64,000 bases of DNA. Origin: Armatimonadota bacterium (GTDB lineage: Bacteria; Armatimonadota; SYMT01). The stretch lies in the NCBI GenBank assembly GCA_041690135.1, contig JAWLHY010000005.1, forward strand, positions 371,261 through 435,260, in the 5' to 3' direction. Positions within the stretch are counted from its first letter, which is position 1. The number at the start of each line of letters is the position of its first letter. Positions 10,398 through 19,817 of the stretch are shown in pieces. The notes under the pieces are model-generated. The model had not been told where the DNA came from. It saw nothing but the letters and a program-made list of their open reading frames with translations, and made no database searches. A program made the position numbers and the translations under genes.

Positions 10398-10522
10398 AGG
10401 TGTTCCTTCCTTTCCCTCTTGACCCCGTGGTGGGGTCCATTGCGTTCGGGACTCCCCTCACGGGAGCCCCGTTGTTTCCGGTGGGTTTTCCCCGGCGCGG
10501 GAGGACCGCAAACGGAGGGCGG

Positions 10523-13500
10523 TTACTTCCTGCGCCGTTGTAGGGCCCATACCAGCCCCGCGCCCAATACGGCGCCGGTTCCCACGATGGCGGCGGTGCG
10601 GAGGGTAGCGGCCGCCTTGTCCGCCGCGTCCTCTTCGAGGCGGTCGAATGCGCTTTCCGGGTAGTCGCGGGGCACCGGCTCGTCCTGGCGCAACGCCATC
10701 CGGAGCACCTGGGCCAGGTGGAGGGCCTCGCGATCCGTGGTCTGCCGGATCTGCTCGTGGCAACTGAATCCGTCGGTGATGATCAGCGCGTCCTTGGGGG
10801 CTTCCCGGACCGCCGGTAACAGTACCCGCTCGCCGCATTGCATGGAGACCTCGTACTTGTCGCCCGGTTCGAAACCGAAGGCGCCGGCCATCCCGCAGCA
10901 GCCGGAGTTGAGGACCTGGAAATCGAGGCCCATCGCCTCGAACAGCTCCCGGTCTGCATCCAATCCGGCCGTGGCCTTGTGGTGGCAATGGCCATGCACG
11001 ACCGCCTGGCGCGTCAGGTCCGGCAGCTCGAAGTCGGGAGCCCTCTCGCGCAGGAACTCACCGAGGAGGAAGGTCTGCCGCTGCAGTCGCATGGCGTCCT
11101 CGTGGTTCGGGAACAGGTTCGTCAGCTCTTCGCGGAAGACGGACATGCAGCTCGGTTCCAGGCAGACCACGGGGACACCGGCCTGGATCTCGGGCTGCAG
11201 CTCCGTGAGGATCTGTCGCAGCCACTGCTTGGCGGTGTCGAGGAACCCCCAGTCGTAGAGGGGCCGGCCGCAGCAGAAATCGCGCTGCGGCACGCGGACC
11301 TCGAACCCGGCCGCCTCCAGTACCTCCACGGCGGCCTGTGCGATCTCCGGGTGGAAGTGGTTGTTGAAGGTGTCCGGCCAGAGGATGACGGGACCGCGCC
11401 TGGAGTCTCGGCCCCGGGCCGACGCCTGGTTCCTGGCCCCAGCGCGTTTCTGGAACCACTGCTTGAACGTTTGGGGCGCGAAGGCGGGCAGTTCCCGGTC
11501 CGGGGCGATGCCGCCGGCGCGTTTCATCAGGTCGCGGAGACCGGGCGCGTGAGCGACGAAGTTGGCCATTCCCGGAAGCAGCGAAGCGAGACGCGCCCAC
11601 CAGTGGATGAACCCGAAGATATAGGCCTGGCGGGGGCGCCGCTTGCCCTCGAAGTAGTGGGCGAGGAATTCCGCCTTGTAGGTCGCCATGTCCACCTGCA
11701 CGGGACACTCCTGCTTGCAGCCTTTACAGGAGAGGCAGAGCTCCAGCGATTCCTTGACGTGCTCGCTCTGCCAGCCGTGCTCAAGCGGATCGCCCTGCAG
11801 CATCTCGAAGAGCAGCCGCGCCCGTCCGCGGGTGGTGTGCATCTCCTCGCGGGTGGCCATGTAGCTGGGGCACATCGTCCCCACATCTTCCTTGCGGCAC
11901 TTCCCCACCCCCACGCAGCGCTCCATGGCGTAGCCGAAACTGAAGTGATCGCTGGGGAACTGGAAGTGGGTTTTCAACTCCGGCTGTAGGTAGGCGGCTC
12001 CGTAGCGCAGGTTGGTCGTGATGGGGTCGGCGTTGATGACCTTGCCGGGGTTCATCTTTCCCTCGGGGTCCCAGATCGCCTTGAACTCCCGGAACGCCTC
12101 CATCAATTCCTCGCCGAAGAGCTTCGGCAGCAGCTCGCCGCGCGCCTGGCCGTCGCCGTGCTCTCCCGAAAGGGAGCCGCCATACCCAATGACCAGGTCC
12201 GAGGCTTCGTCCAGGAAGCTGCGCCATTTGCGGATGCCCTCCGCTGTTTTCAGGTCGAAGTCGATGCGGGCGTGGATGCAGCCGTCGCCGAAATGCCCGT
12301 ACACGGAGGTGTGATAGTCGTATCTCTCCAGGAGCTTGTGCAAATCCCGGAGGTAGTGGCCGACCCTCTCCGGAGGGACCGCTGAGTCCTCCCAACCTTC
12401 CCAGTTTTCCCTTTCGCCCGGAACGTGGGAGGTTGCACCCAGGCCGTTCTCCCGGACATCCCAGATCATCTCCTGCTGTTCCGGGTCGTCGAACAGCTTT
12501 ACACTGGGAGCATCCTCCCGGTCGCGCAGCTTCTCCATCAGGCGGCAGGCGCGTTCCCGGGCCTCCTCCACGGTATTCCCGCCGAACTCCGCAAGCAGCC
12601 AGCCGTTGCCTTCCGGAAAAAGGCAGATCTCCTTCCGGTTGAGGTCCTTCTTCCGCAGGTCCTCGATGAACTTGCCGTCGATCCCTTCCAGGCCCGTCGG
12701 CTGAAACTCCAGCACCTCCGTGACGTGGTCCGCGGCCTGGTACACGTCCGGATAGCCCAGGAGCAGCAGCACCCGCTCGCGAGGGAGCGGAATGAGGTGG
12801 GTGGTGACCTCCAGCACGACCACGCAGGTGCTTTCCGTGCCGGTCAGCGCCCGCGCCACGTTGAAGCCGTTTTCCGGGAGCAGTTCGTCCAGGTTGTAGC
12901 CGGAGACCCGGCGCGGGAGCTTCGGAAATCGCTCGCGGATGAGGTCCGCGTAGCGGTCGCGGAGCGCCTTCAGGCGTCCGTAGATCTCCCCTTTTCGACC
13001 GCCCTCACGGATGATCCGCTCCAACTCCTCTTCCGAGGTGGGGCCGACCCGCATCCGGACGCCGTCGTAGGTGAGGATCTCCATCTCGTGGATGTTGTCG
13101 CTGGTCCGCGAGCCCAGTCCCGCCATCCGCGCCATCACGGAGTGCACCCCGCAGGAGTTGTTCCCGACCATCCCTCCAAGCGTGCACCAGCGGTGCGTGG
13201 CCGGGTCCGGCCCGAACGTAAGGTCGTGCTCCCGCGCCGCCTTGCGCAGGGTATCGAGTACGCAACCTGCCTGGACCCGCGCCAGGCGCCGCTCCGGATC
13301 GATCTCCAGTACCCCGTTCAGGTACTTGGAGAAGTCCATCAGCACGGCCACGTTGCAGCACTGGCCGGCGATGCTGGTTCCCCCGCCCCGCGCCAGGAGC
13401 GGCGCCCCGTACCTGCGGGCCGCGCCCACGGTCGCCACGACATCCTCCACGTTGCGGGGAATCACCACGCCGATGGGCACCTGGCGGTAGTTCGAGGCGT

Positions 13501-13696
13501 CCGTGGCGTAGAGCGCGCGGCTGCCCGGATCGAACCGCAATTCTCCGTCCAGCAGCGATTCCAACTCTTGCTCCAGGCGGTCGGCGGCGATCTCACGCCG
13601 GCTCGAGCGATTGGCGGGGGCCGTGGAAGCGTTCGGCAGGACGGGAAGCGGTTCCGGAGCGGTGGTTCCGGATTCCTGGCGGGTGGTGGCGGACAT
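10523..13696 (-). CDS. FAD-binding and Fe-S-binding oxidoreductase (GlcD/GlcF-type fusion, D-lactate-dehydrogenase-like)
   Basis: ARGGGTSIAGQ, GHFGDGCIH, SGEHGDG, CVGVGKC, CLSCKGCKQECP and two CCG motifs. Start ATG 13696 follows GGGAG. Confidence 0.92.
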   Translation of the reverse strand: MSATTRQESGTTAPEPLPVLPNASTAPANRSSRREIAADRLEQELESLLDGELRFDPGSRALYATDASNYRQVPIGVVIPRNVEDVVATVGAARRYGAPLLARGGGTSIAGQCCNVAVLMDFSKYLNGVLEIDPERRLARVQAGCVLDTLRKAAREHDLTFGPDPATHRWCTLGGMVGNNSCGVHSVMARMAGLGSRTSDNIHEMEILTYDGVRMRVGPTSEEELERIIREGGRKGEIYGRLKALRDRYADLIRERFPKLPRRVSGYNLDELLPENGFNVARALTGTESTCVVVLEVTTHLIPLPRERVLLLLGYPDVYQAADHVTEVLEFQPTGLEGIDGKFIEDLRKKDLNRKEICLFPEGNGWLLAEFGGNTVEEARERACRLMEKLRDREDAPSVKLFDDPEQQEMIWDVRENGLGATSHVPGERENWEGWEDSAVPPERVGHYLRDLHKLLERYDYHTSVYGHFGDGCIHARIDFDLKTAEGIRKWRSFLDEASDLVIGYGGSLSGEHGDGQARGELLPKLFGEELMEAFREFKAIWDPEGKMNPGKVINADPITTNLRYGAAYLQPELKTHFQFPSDHFSFGYAMERCVGVGKCRKEDVGTMCPSYMATREEMHTTRGRARLLFEMLQGDPLEHGWQSEHVKESLELCLSCKGCKQECPVQVDMATYKAEFLAHYFEGKRRPRQAYIFGFIHWWARLASLLPGMANFVAHAPGLRDLMKRAGGIAPDRELPAFAPQTFKQWFQKRAGARNQASARGRDSRRGPVILWPDTFNNHFHPEIAQAAVEVLEAAGFEVRVPQRDFCCGRPLYDWGFLDTAKQWLRQILTELQPEIQAGVPVVCLEPSCMSVFREELTNLFPNHEDAMRLQRQTFLLGEFLRERAPDFELPDLTRQAVVHGHCHHKATAGLDADRELFEAMGLDFQVLNSGCCGMAGAFGFEPGDKYEVSMQCGERVLLPAVREAPKDALIITDGFSCHEQIRQTTDREALHLAQVLRMALRQDEPVPRDYPESAFDRLEEDAADKAAATLRTAAIVGTGAVLGAGLVWALQRRRK

Positions 13697-14552
13697 GCTC
13701 TCTCCCTTCGCGCGCGCCAGCCACTCGCCCGGGCGGACCCGTCGCGGTGGCCGGCGGTGGTTCGTCACACGGCGAGCGTGCTACTACGCGCATTCCCGTC
13801 GAGCCGGAGGGCCAAACCCGGGCGGGTGAGGAGGGCATGTGCGTGAACTACGGCGGGGACGGTGCCCAGGGTGCCCTCACCTCCCTTGCCCTATGTGCGT
13901 TTACTTTGGCGAGTGCGGCGACCAGGGTGAACCCGGCCGCAAGTACGTTACCCTCGGCGGGTACGGTGACCAGGGTAACCTCACCCCCCTGCCCCCTCTC
14001 CGACACAGAGAGGGGGAGCCGACGCTCAAACCAAGGTGGTGGACATAGATCGCGTTCGACGCAGCGGAGGTTGTAGCGCCGCAAAGTTTACGCGCATGCC
14101 CCTATCCCACCGCCTCGGGGCGCAAGCACCCCCTCGGGGCCTAAACCTCTCGCACGCAGAGAGCGGGAAACCACGCGCGAAAGCACAGGGGAGTACGGTT
14201 CTGAACTACCGATCCACGCTCAGGTCGAGGCAAGGTAGCGGTTGTGGGATGGGCGGGTGAAGGTGAATCGTTGAGGGTCACTCTCCAGGGGCTTATGCCG
14301 TTGCGGCAACCGCCGTGAAAATTGGCGGTCCGCAGGCGAATCGATGGCGGACGGATGCGATAGAATTCGCACTTGGAGAGCGACGACGGTTCCCTACCTC
14401 GCACGGGCCGACGGCGGGCTTGCCCTGCGTTGTCCGAAGGGTAGAGGGAACGGCGTTTCTGCCGTAGAATTAGGGACGGGTTGCCGGGTGTTCGTCCTGG
14501 CGCCTCCCTGTTGGTTGAACTACCCCTTGCCGCAAGTACGGAGATCCCCTGG

Positions 14553-15350
14553 ATGAGTCTGGAGATCATGCGCGACCCGCGCATCCGCTCGGTCGAGTGG
14601 AAGGACCTCCTGGAGCTGAGCACCTGGGAAGTGGTTAAAGAACTGCTTCTGGTGTTCCCCTGGTTGATCACCTCCCTCGTTCTTGCCTATCACGGTCATT
14701 ATATTTTCGCCCTGGGATTCTCGTTCATCTTCTTCCTCACCGGCCTTCGGGTGGTCCACAACGCGTATCATTACGCGATGGGAATCCCGCGCTGGGCCAC
14801 CGAGTGGGTGATGTACGTTCTCAGCGTGTTGATGCTGAGCGCCATGCACGCGCTGCAGCAGACCCACCTGCACCACCACAAGCACTGCATGGGCGACGAC
14901 GACGCGGAAGCCGCCAGCGCCCAGATGCCGGGCTGGAAGGCCATTGTGTTCGGGCCGCGCTTCTACATCCTGATCCAGACCAAGGGGATCGAGCTGGCGA
15001 ACGCCCGGCAGAAGCGGTGGATCATCGGCGAGTACATCTCCATGGCCATCTGGGTGCCGCTGGCGCTGTTCGTGCTCGACATCCCGCTGCTGAAGTACCA
15101 CATCGTGGCGATGCTCATCGGCCAGTGCCTCACCGCGTTCTTCGCCGTGTGGACGGTCCACCACGACTGCGACCGCTCGCACTTCATCGCCCGGACGCTG
15201 CGCAGCCCGCTGAAGAGCTTCATCGCCTTCGACATGTTCTTCCACGTGGAGCACCACCTGTTCCCCAAGGTGCCCACCTGCAAGCTCTCCACCCTGTCGA
15301 AGCGCCTGGACGCCGCCGCCCCCGAGCTCCAGCAGTATCAGGTGTACTGA
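14553..15350 (+). CDS. membrane fatty acid desaturase family protein
   Basis: His boxes HNAYH, HLHHH and HVEHHLFP, plus TM segments. Confidence 0.88.
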   Translation: MSLEIMRDPRIRSVEWKDLLELSTWEVVKELLLVFPWLITSLVLAYHGHYIFALGFSFIFFLTGLRVVHNAYHYAMGIPRWATEWVMYVLSVLMLSAMHALQQTHLHHHKHCMGDDDAEAASAQMPGWKAIVFGPRFYILIQTKGIELANARQKRWIIGEYISMAIWVPLALFVLDIPLLKYHIVAMLIGQCLTAFFAVWTVHHDCDRSHFIARTLRSPLKSFIAFDMFFHVEHHLFPKVPTCKLSTLSKRLDAAAPELQQYQVY

Positions 15351-15408
15351 TCCGGCTCTCACCACGGAGACACAGAGGGCGTACGGAGGGGAAGGAACCG
15401 AACGTGAC

Positions 15409-15710
15409 TCACCGCAGAGACGCAGAGCACGCTGAGGTAACGCAGAGAGGAAAATGAGGTTGGGTGGGTGCGTGAAGTCACGGGAAGGTGCTTTCTGACA
15501 GGGTTGCCAACTCGGAAACTGCTCTTCACGCAACGCCCAACTCGGTACTCAATTCATTCTCGCGGCGCCCCTCGTGGCAAGCGAGTTTCTGTGTATGGGG
15601 ATCGAAGTCCAAGGCGACTGCAGATCGAATCGGCAGTCAGGACTTTATTTCCCTAATTCCGCTCTTTCTCTCTCTGCGCCGGCTCAGCGTCCTCAGCGTC
15701 TCTGCGGTGA
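15409..15710. repeat. MITE-like element with ~39-bp terminal inverted repeats
   Basis: Left tcaccgcagagacgcagagcacgctgaggtaacgcagag; reverse complement of the right end tcaccgcagagacgctgaggacgctgagccggcgcagag. Confidence 0.75.
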
Positions 15711-15744
15711 ATCCGGTCGGTCCGGTTCGGGGTTCGGAATCACG

Positions 15745-16626
15745 ATGAGTAGTAAGCTGGTTCTGGTGGGTGGGGCGAGTGGTCGGCTGGGGGTGGAGGT
15801 TTGCCGGGAGCTGCGGGAGCGCGGGAACCGGGTGCGGGCGATGGTCCGCAGTCCCCGGAAGGCGGCGGCGCTGCGGGGAGTGGCGGACGAGATCTGCGTG
15901 GCGGACGCGATGGACCCGCGCACGCTGCCGAGCGCGCTGGAGGGGGTGGACCGTGTCTTCTCGTGCCTCGGGGCCAGCGTGATCCCGATGCCGAAGTATG
16001 GGGGGAAGACGTTTACCCAGATCGACTACCCCGCCAACCGGAACCTGGTGGATGCGGCCGTGGCGGCGAAGGTGGAGAAGTTCGTCTACGTCTCCGTCTA
16101 CGGCGCGCACAAGCTGCCCAAGGCCGACTTCATCCGCGGGCATGAACTGGTGGTGGAAGCGCTGCGGAAGAGCGGCCTTAGCTACTCCGTCCTGCGCCCG
16201 ACCGGCTTCTTCTCCGCGATGGACGAGATCCTGCTGGTTGCCAGCCGCGGCCTGCTGCCGGAGTTCAACGGCGGAACGGCCCGGACCAACCCGATCCACG
16301 AGGCCGACCTGGCCGTGGTTTGCGCGGACGCCTTCGACCAGCCCTCCGGCTGGGAGCAGGACGTGGGCGGCCCGGATCCCCTCACCCGCAAGGAGATCGC
16401 CGCGCTCGCCTGGCAGGCGCTCGGGAAAGAAGCCCGCGCCGTCCGCGTGCCGGTGACGGTGCTGAAAACGGCCGGCTACCTCTTCCGCCCCTTCTATCCC
16501 CGCGTCGGGCACCTGTTCGACTTCATCGCCGATATCCTGGTCGACGACTTCGTGGCCCCCTGCTACGGCACCCGGCACATCGCGGACTACTTCAAGGAGC
16601 GCTACGCCGAAATGCGAACCGGTTAG
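15745..16626 (+). CDS. NAD(P)-binding SDR/NmrA-like oxidoreductase
   Basis: VLVGGASGRLG Rossmann motif, LRPTGFF, NPIHEADLA, VGGPD. Confidence 0.88.
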   Translation: MSSKLVLVGGASGRLGVEVCRELRERGNRVRAMVRSPRKAAALRGVADEICVADAMDPRTLPSALEGVDRVFSCLGASVIPMPKYGGKTFTQIDYPANRNLVDAAVAAKVEKFVYVSVYGAHKLPKADFIRGHELVVEALRKSGLSYSVLRPTGFFSAMDEILLVASRGLLPEFNGGTARTNPIHEADLAVVCADAFDQPSGWEQDVGGPDPLTRKEIAALAWQALGKEARAVRVPVTVLKTAGYLFRPFYPRVGHLFDFIADILVDDFVAPCYGTRHIADYFKERYAEMRTG

Positions 16627-16846
16627 GGATCGCTTTAACCGCAGAGGCACAGAGGACGCAGAGGGCGCGCAGAGAGGAAAAGAGGGGGAGAGGGTAGCGG
16701 TCACCGGGCGCTTGCAGGAATCTCCATGGCGCGTGGGCCGTTCGCGACATTTGCAATCGAACCTTGTACCGGGAAACCCGGACAACGTGCTGGATCCTGC
16801 CCGGAGTCCGCGAGATATCTCGGCACGGCGGTCGTCAGGGTCGCTG

Positions 16847-17082
16847 CAGGGTGCGTTCTTCTACCCTTTCGGCCCCCGGGCTGCGCGGATAAGGATAACG
16901 ATAAGGATTCGGAAGCTGAAGCCATAAACGAGCATCCATTCGCCTTGTCAGGGTGCGGGCTTCGGCCTTCTCGGCCCCCCAAGCTGCGCGGATAAGGATA
17001 ATGATAAGGATTAGGATGCTGAAGCCATAAACGGGCATCCGTTTACCTTGTTTGGGTGCGTGCTTCTGCCCTTTGGGACTCC
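16847..17082. repeat. ~103-bp degenerate tandem repeat (~2.3 copies)
   Basis: gctgcgcggataaggataa(c/t)gataaggatt..gctgaagccataaacg occurs at 16880 and 16983. Confidence 0.85.
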
Positions 17083-17566
17083 AATCATCCCACCCAGGAG
17101 GTATCTGTAAGCCCAGGACTGAGGGCTTTGTCCAGCAATGTGCGCCGGCAACTGCCCTCGTCAGCCCTGATCTCTGCAGACTCGCAGGGCGCTGGCGCCG
17201 CTTTCAGCGATTTCGCGTCTCGCAACTCCGTACGTTCTCGCGAATAGGGCAGCACCTGCTCGGGGGACGCGGTGCGTATACTCATGCGTCCCCTCACCCC
17301 CAACCCCATGCCCCACGTCTTTCCTACTCCTACTCCTACTCCTACTCCCCTCCCCATGCCCGCAGCCCCAACCCCAACCCTCTGCGTCCCCACTCCCCTA
17401 CTTCGCTAACATCCACATCCTCATCGGCGAAGCCTGGGCAGGCAGAACGGGCACTTGCGCTGAATAGGTAATCAGAACGGGCGGAGACGGGCCCCTCCCG
17501 GGCGATCCCTCCCCCACTTCCGTTTTCATATCCGAGATCGAGAGAGTCCGAGGCAAAGGAACGAAG

Positions 17567-18847
17567 ATGAACCGACGAGAGTTCGTGAAGAATACGGCAG
17601 TCGGTGCCGGGATCATGTCGCTGGGCGCGGAGGCGTTCCAGCCGAGGTCGGTCCGCGGCGCCAACGAGAAGGTGGTGATGGCGGTCGTGGGGCTCAACAT
17701 CCGCGGCGGCCAGCTCTGCTCCAGCCTGGTGAAGCTGGACCAGGCGGAGATCGGCTACCTCTGCGAGGTGGACGAGAAGGTCCTGGGCCGGGTGACCGGG
17801 CAGGTCGAGAAGAGCGGTCGCCGCCGGCCCGAGGGGGTCCGTGATATCCGCAAGCTGCTGGAGATCCCCGGCCTGGACGCCATCCTCGTGGCGATGCCGA
17901 ACCACTGGCACGGCCCCGCCACCATTATGGGGGTGCAGGCCGGGAAGCATGTCTACTGCGAAAAGCCCGCCTGCCAGACCCCCGAGGAAGGCGAGATGAT
18001 GATCGCCGCGGCCCGGAAGTACAATAAGGTGGTCCAGATCGGCATGCAGCGCCGCAGCATGCCGGGCGTGCAGGAGGCGGTCCAGAAGCTGCGGGAGGGC
18101 GTGATCGGGAACGTCACCTTCGCCCGCGGCTGGTACAACAACCTGCGCTCCACCATCGGCAACGGCAAGGTCGCGCCCGTGCCCTCGCACCTCGACTTCT
18201 CCCTCTGGCAGGGACCCGCGCCCGAGCGGCCGTATAAGGACAACCTGGTCCACTACAACTGGCACTGGTTCTGGCACTGGGGCAACGGCGAGCTCGGCAA
18301 CAACGGCATCCACGCGCTGGACGTCTGCCGCTGGGGCCTCGGCGTGGACTACCCCACCCGCGTCACTTCCGGCGGCGGCAAGTACCGCTTCCCCACCGAC
18401 GACCAGGAAACGCCGGACACCCACACCGCCACCTTCGACTTCGACGGGAAGTCGATCACCTGGGAAGGCCGCAGCTTCCACAAGCGCGGCTTCGAGGGCA
18501 ACGGCTTCGGCATGGCGTTCTACGGCGACGGCGGCACCCTGCTGATCGACGGCGGCGGCTACCGGGTCCTGGACATGAAGGACAAGGAAGTGGCGAAGGT
18601 CCCCGGATCCGGCGCCCAGGAGCCGCACCTGCAGAACTTCATGGACTGCATCAAGAGCGGGAAGCGCCCGAACGCGGACGTGGAGGACGGCCATAAGAGC
18701 ACCCTGCTCTGCCACCTGGGCAACATCGCGTGGCGGACCGAGAGCACGCTCAAGATCGACCCGAAGACCGGCCACATCCTGAAGAACAAGCCCGCGGCCG
18801 CCCTGTGGGGGCGCGAGTACCGCAAGGGCTGGGAGCCGAAGGTCTGA
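17567..18847 (+). CDS. Tat-exported Gfo/Idh/MocA oxidoreductase
   Basis: NRREFV, MPNHWH, YCEKP, HYNWHWFWHWGNGELGNNGIH. Confidence 0.92.
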   Translation: MNRREFVKNTAVGAGIMSLGAEAFQPRSVRGANEKVVMAVVGLNIRGGQLCSSLVKLDQAEIGYLCEVDEKVLGRVTGQVEKSGRRRPEGVRDIRKLLEIPGLDAILVAMPNHWHGPATIMGVQAGKHVYCEKPACQTPEEGEMMIAAARKYNKVVQIGMQRRSMPGVQEAVQKLREGVIGNVTFARGWYNNLRSTIGNGKVAPVPSHLDFSLWQGPAPERPYKDNLVHYNWHWFWHWGNGELGNNGIHALDVCRWGLGVDYPTRVTSGGGKYRFPTDDQETPDTHTATFDFDGKSITWEGRSFHKRGFEGNGFGMAFYGDGGTLLIDGGGYRVLDMKDKEVAKVPGSGAQEPHLQNFMDCIKSGKRPNADVEDGHKSTLLCHLGNIAWRTESTLKIDPKTGHILKNKPAAALWGREYRKGWEPKV

Positions 18848-19019
18848 TCGGCTCCGGACGAGAGTCCACAGATTACGCAGCGCATGCGTCCGAATGGAAT
18901 GGGAAAGATGGGAAAGATGGGGCTCCGCGGGTGCGCGGGGCCCCGCCTTTATCCCGTTCGGGTGCGTTCAGGCCGGTAGCTTTCGCAGAGTGGCCGCGTC
19001 GTGGGGAGTGGAGCAGGAC

Positions 19020-19196
19020 ATGAAGAGTGACCGTCGCTATCCGACGCCGATAGAGACCGGTGAAAAAGTGCTGCGGAAACTTCGGGAGATGTCCCGAGAG
19101 GAGATCGAGGAGGCGATTGACCGGGAAGGTCGCCGCCTACAGGAAGCGGCGGCGCGGGGGTGTGCCCAACGCCGCGAAGAGCTCGCCCGCCGCTGA
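19020..19196 (+). CDS. small charged hypothetical protein
   Basis: GGAGCAGGA precedes ATG 19020; helical-looking MKSDRRYPTP..LREMSREEIEEAIDRE. Confidence 0.35.
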   Translation: MKSDRRYPTPIETGEKVLRKLREMSREEIEEAIDREGRRLQEAAARGCAQRREELARR

Positions 19197-19263
19197 GTGC
19201 CACTCGGATTCCCAAGCCGTAGCCGGCCCCAAGCGCTTTGTGCTCAAGAATGACTGGGCGGCG

Positions 19264-19514
19264 GCGAAGCTCGTGGGCTGCTTTGCCCACGAGTCGCACC
19301 TGGAGAACTTCACGGATGCATCAAGAGCGGCAAGCGCCCGAACGCGGGCGTCGAAGACGGCCACAAGTGCACGCTCCTGTGTTTATTAGGAAACATCGCT
19401 TACCGCCCCGAGAGCACGCTGAAGATCGACCCGAAGACCGGTCACCTCCTGAAGAGCAAGCCCGCCGCCCTCTGGGGGGCGCGAGGACCCTAAGGGCTGT
19501 GCGCCCAAGGGCTA
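19264..19514 (+). pseudogene. frameshifted copy of the 3' end of the upstream Gfo/Idh/MocA gene
   Basis: Aligns by eye to ~18593-18847 (e.g. tgcatcaagagcgg.aagcgcccgaacgcgg, aagatcgacccgaagaccgg), with indels. Confidence 0.85.
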
Positions 19515-19817
19515 AGCAGCAAGGCCGCCTAGTCAACCAAGTAAGCCTATTAATAGCCACTTGCTGCCAGGTCTTTGCATTGGAATGAAGCCTTCGGGGA
19601 TTTCGTTGGACACGATCATCCGCCAATCCATTTCTACACAAGTGCAGGCCAGATGACGCGTACTGCACAGGGTCGATGATCCAAATGATAGTCCGCAAGG
19701 AATACATTACTTATTCACCCCGGTCGGTATCTGGCCCTGCTGACGTTAGGTAGGCGCCTCCATTGACTTGGCGTGCATCGAGCCGCCGTGTATTTCAGGC
19801 GCGGGTTTTGCAACAGA

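Noticed and set aside
14098-14254. c-di-GMP-I riboswitch or SRP RNA (ggcctaaacc, ggtagcgg and tcaggtc words)
   Set aside because: Motif order and spacing do not fit either family. Kept only as an unclassified structured candidate.
9791-17082. The 153-bp and 103-bp repeats as CRISPR arrays
   Set aside because: Whole units are similar, there are no unique spacers, the periods are too long, and no cas genes are present.
18593-19514. Possible DGR variable/template repeat pair (gene 3' end plus a nearby copy)
   Set aside because: Mismatches are not adenine-specific, indels are present, and there is no reverse transcriptase in the window.
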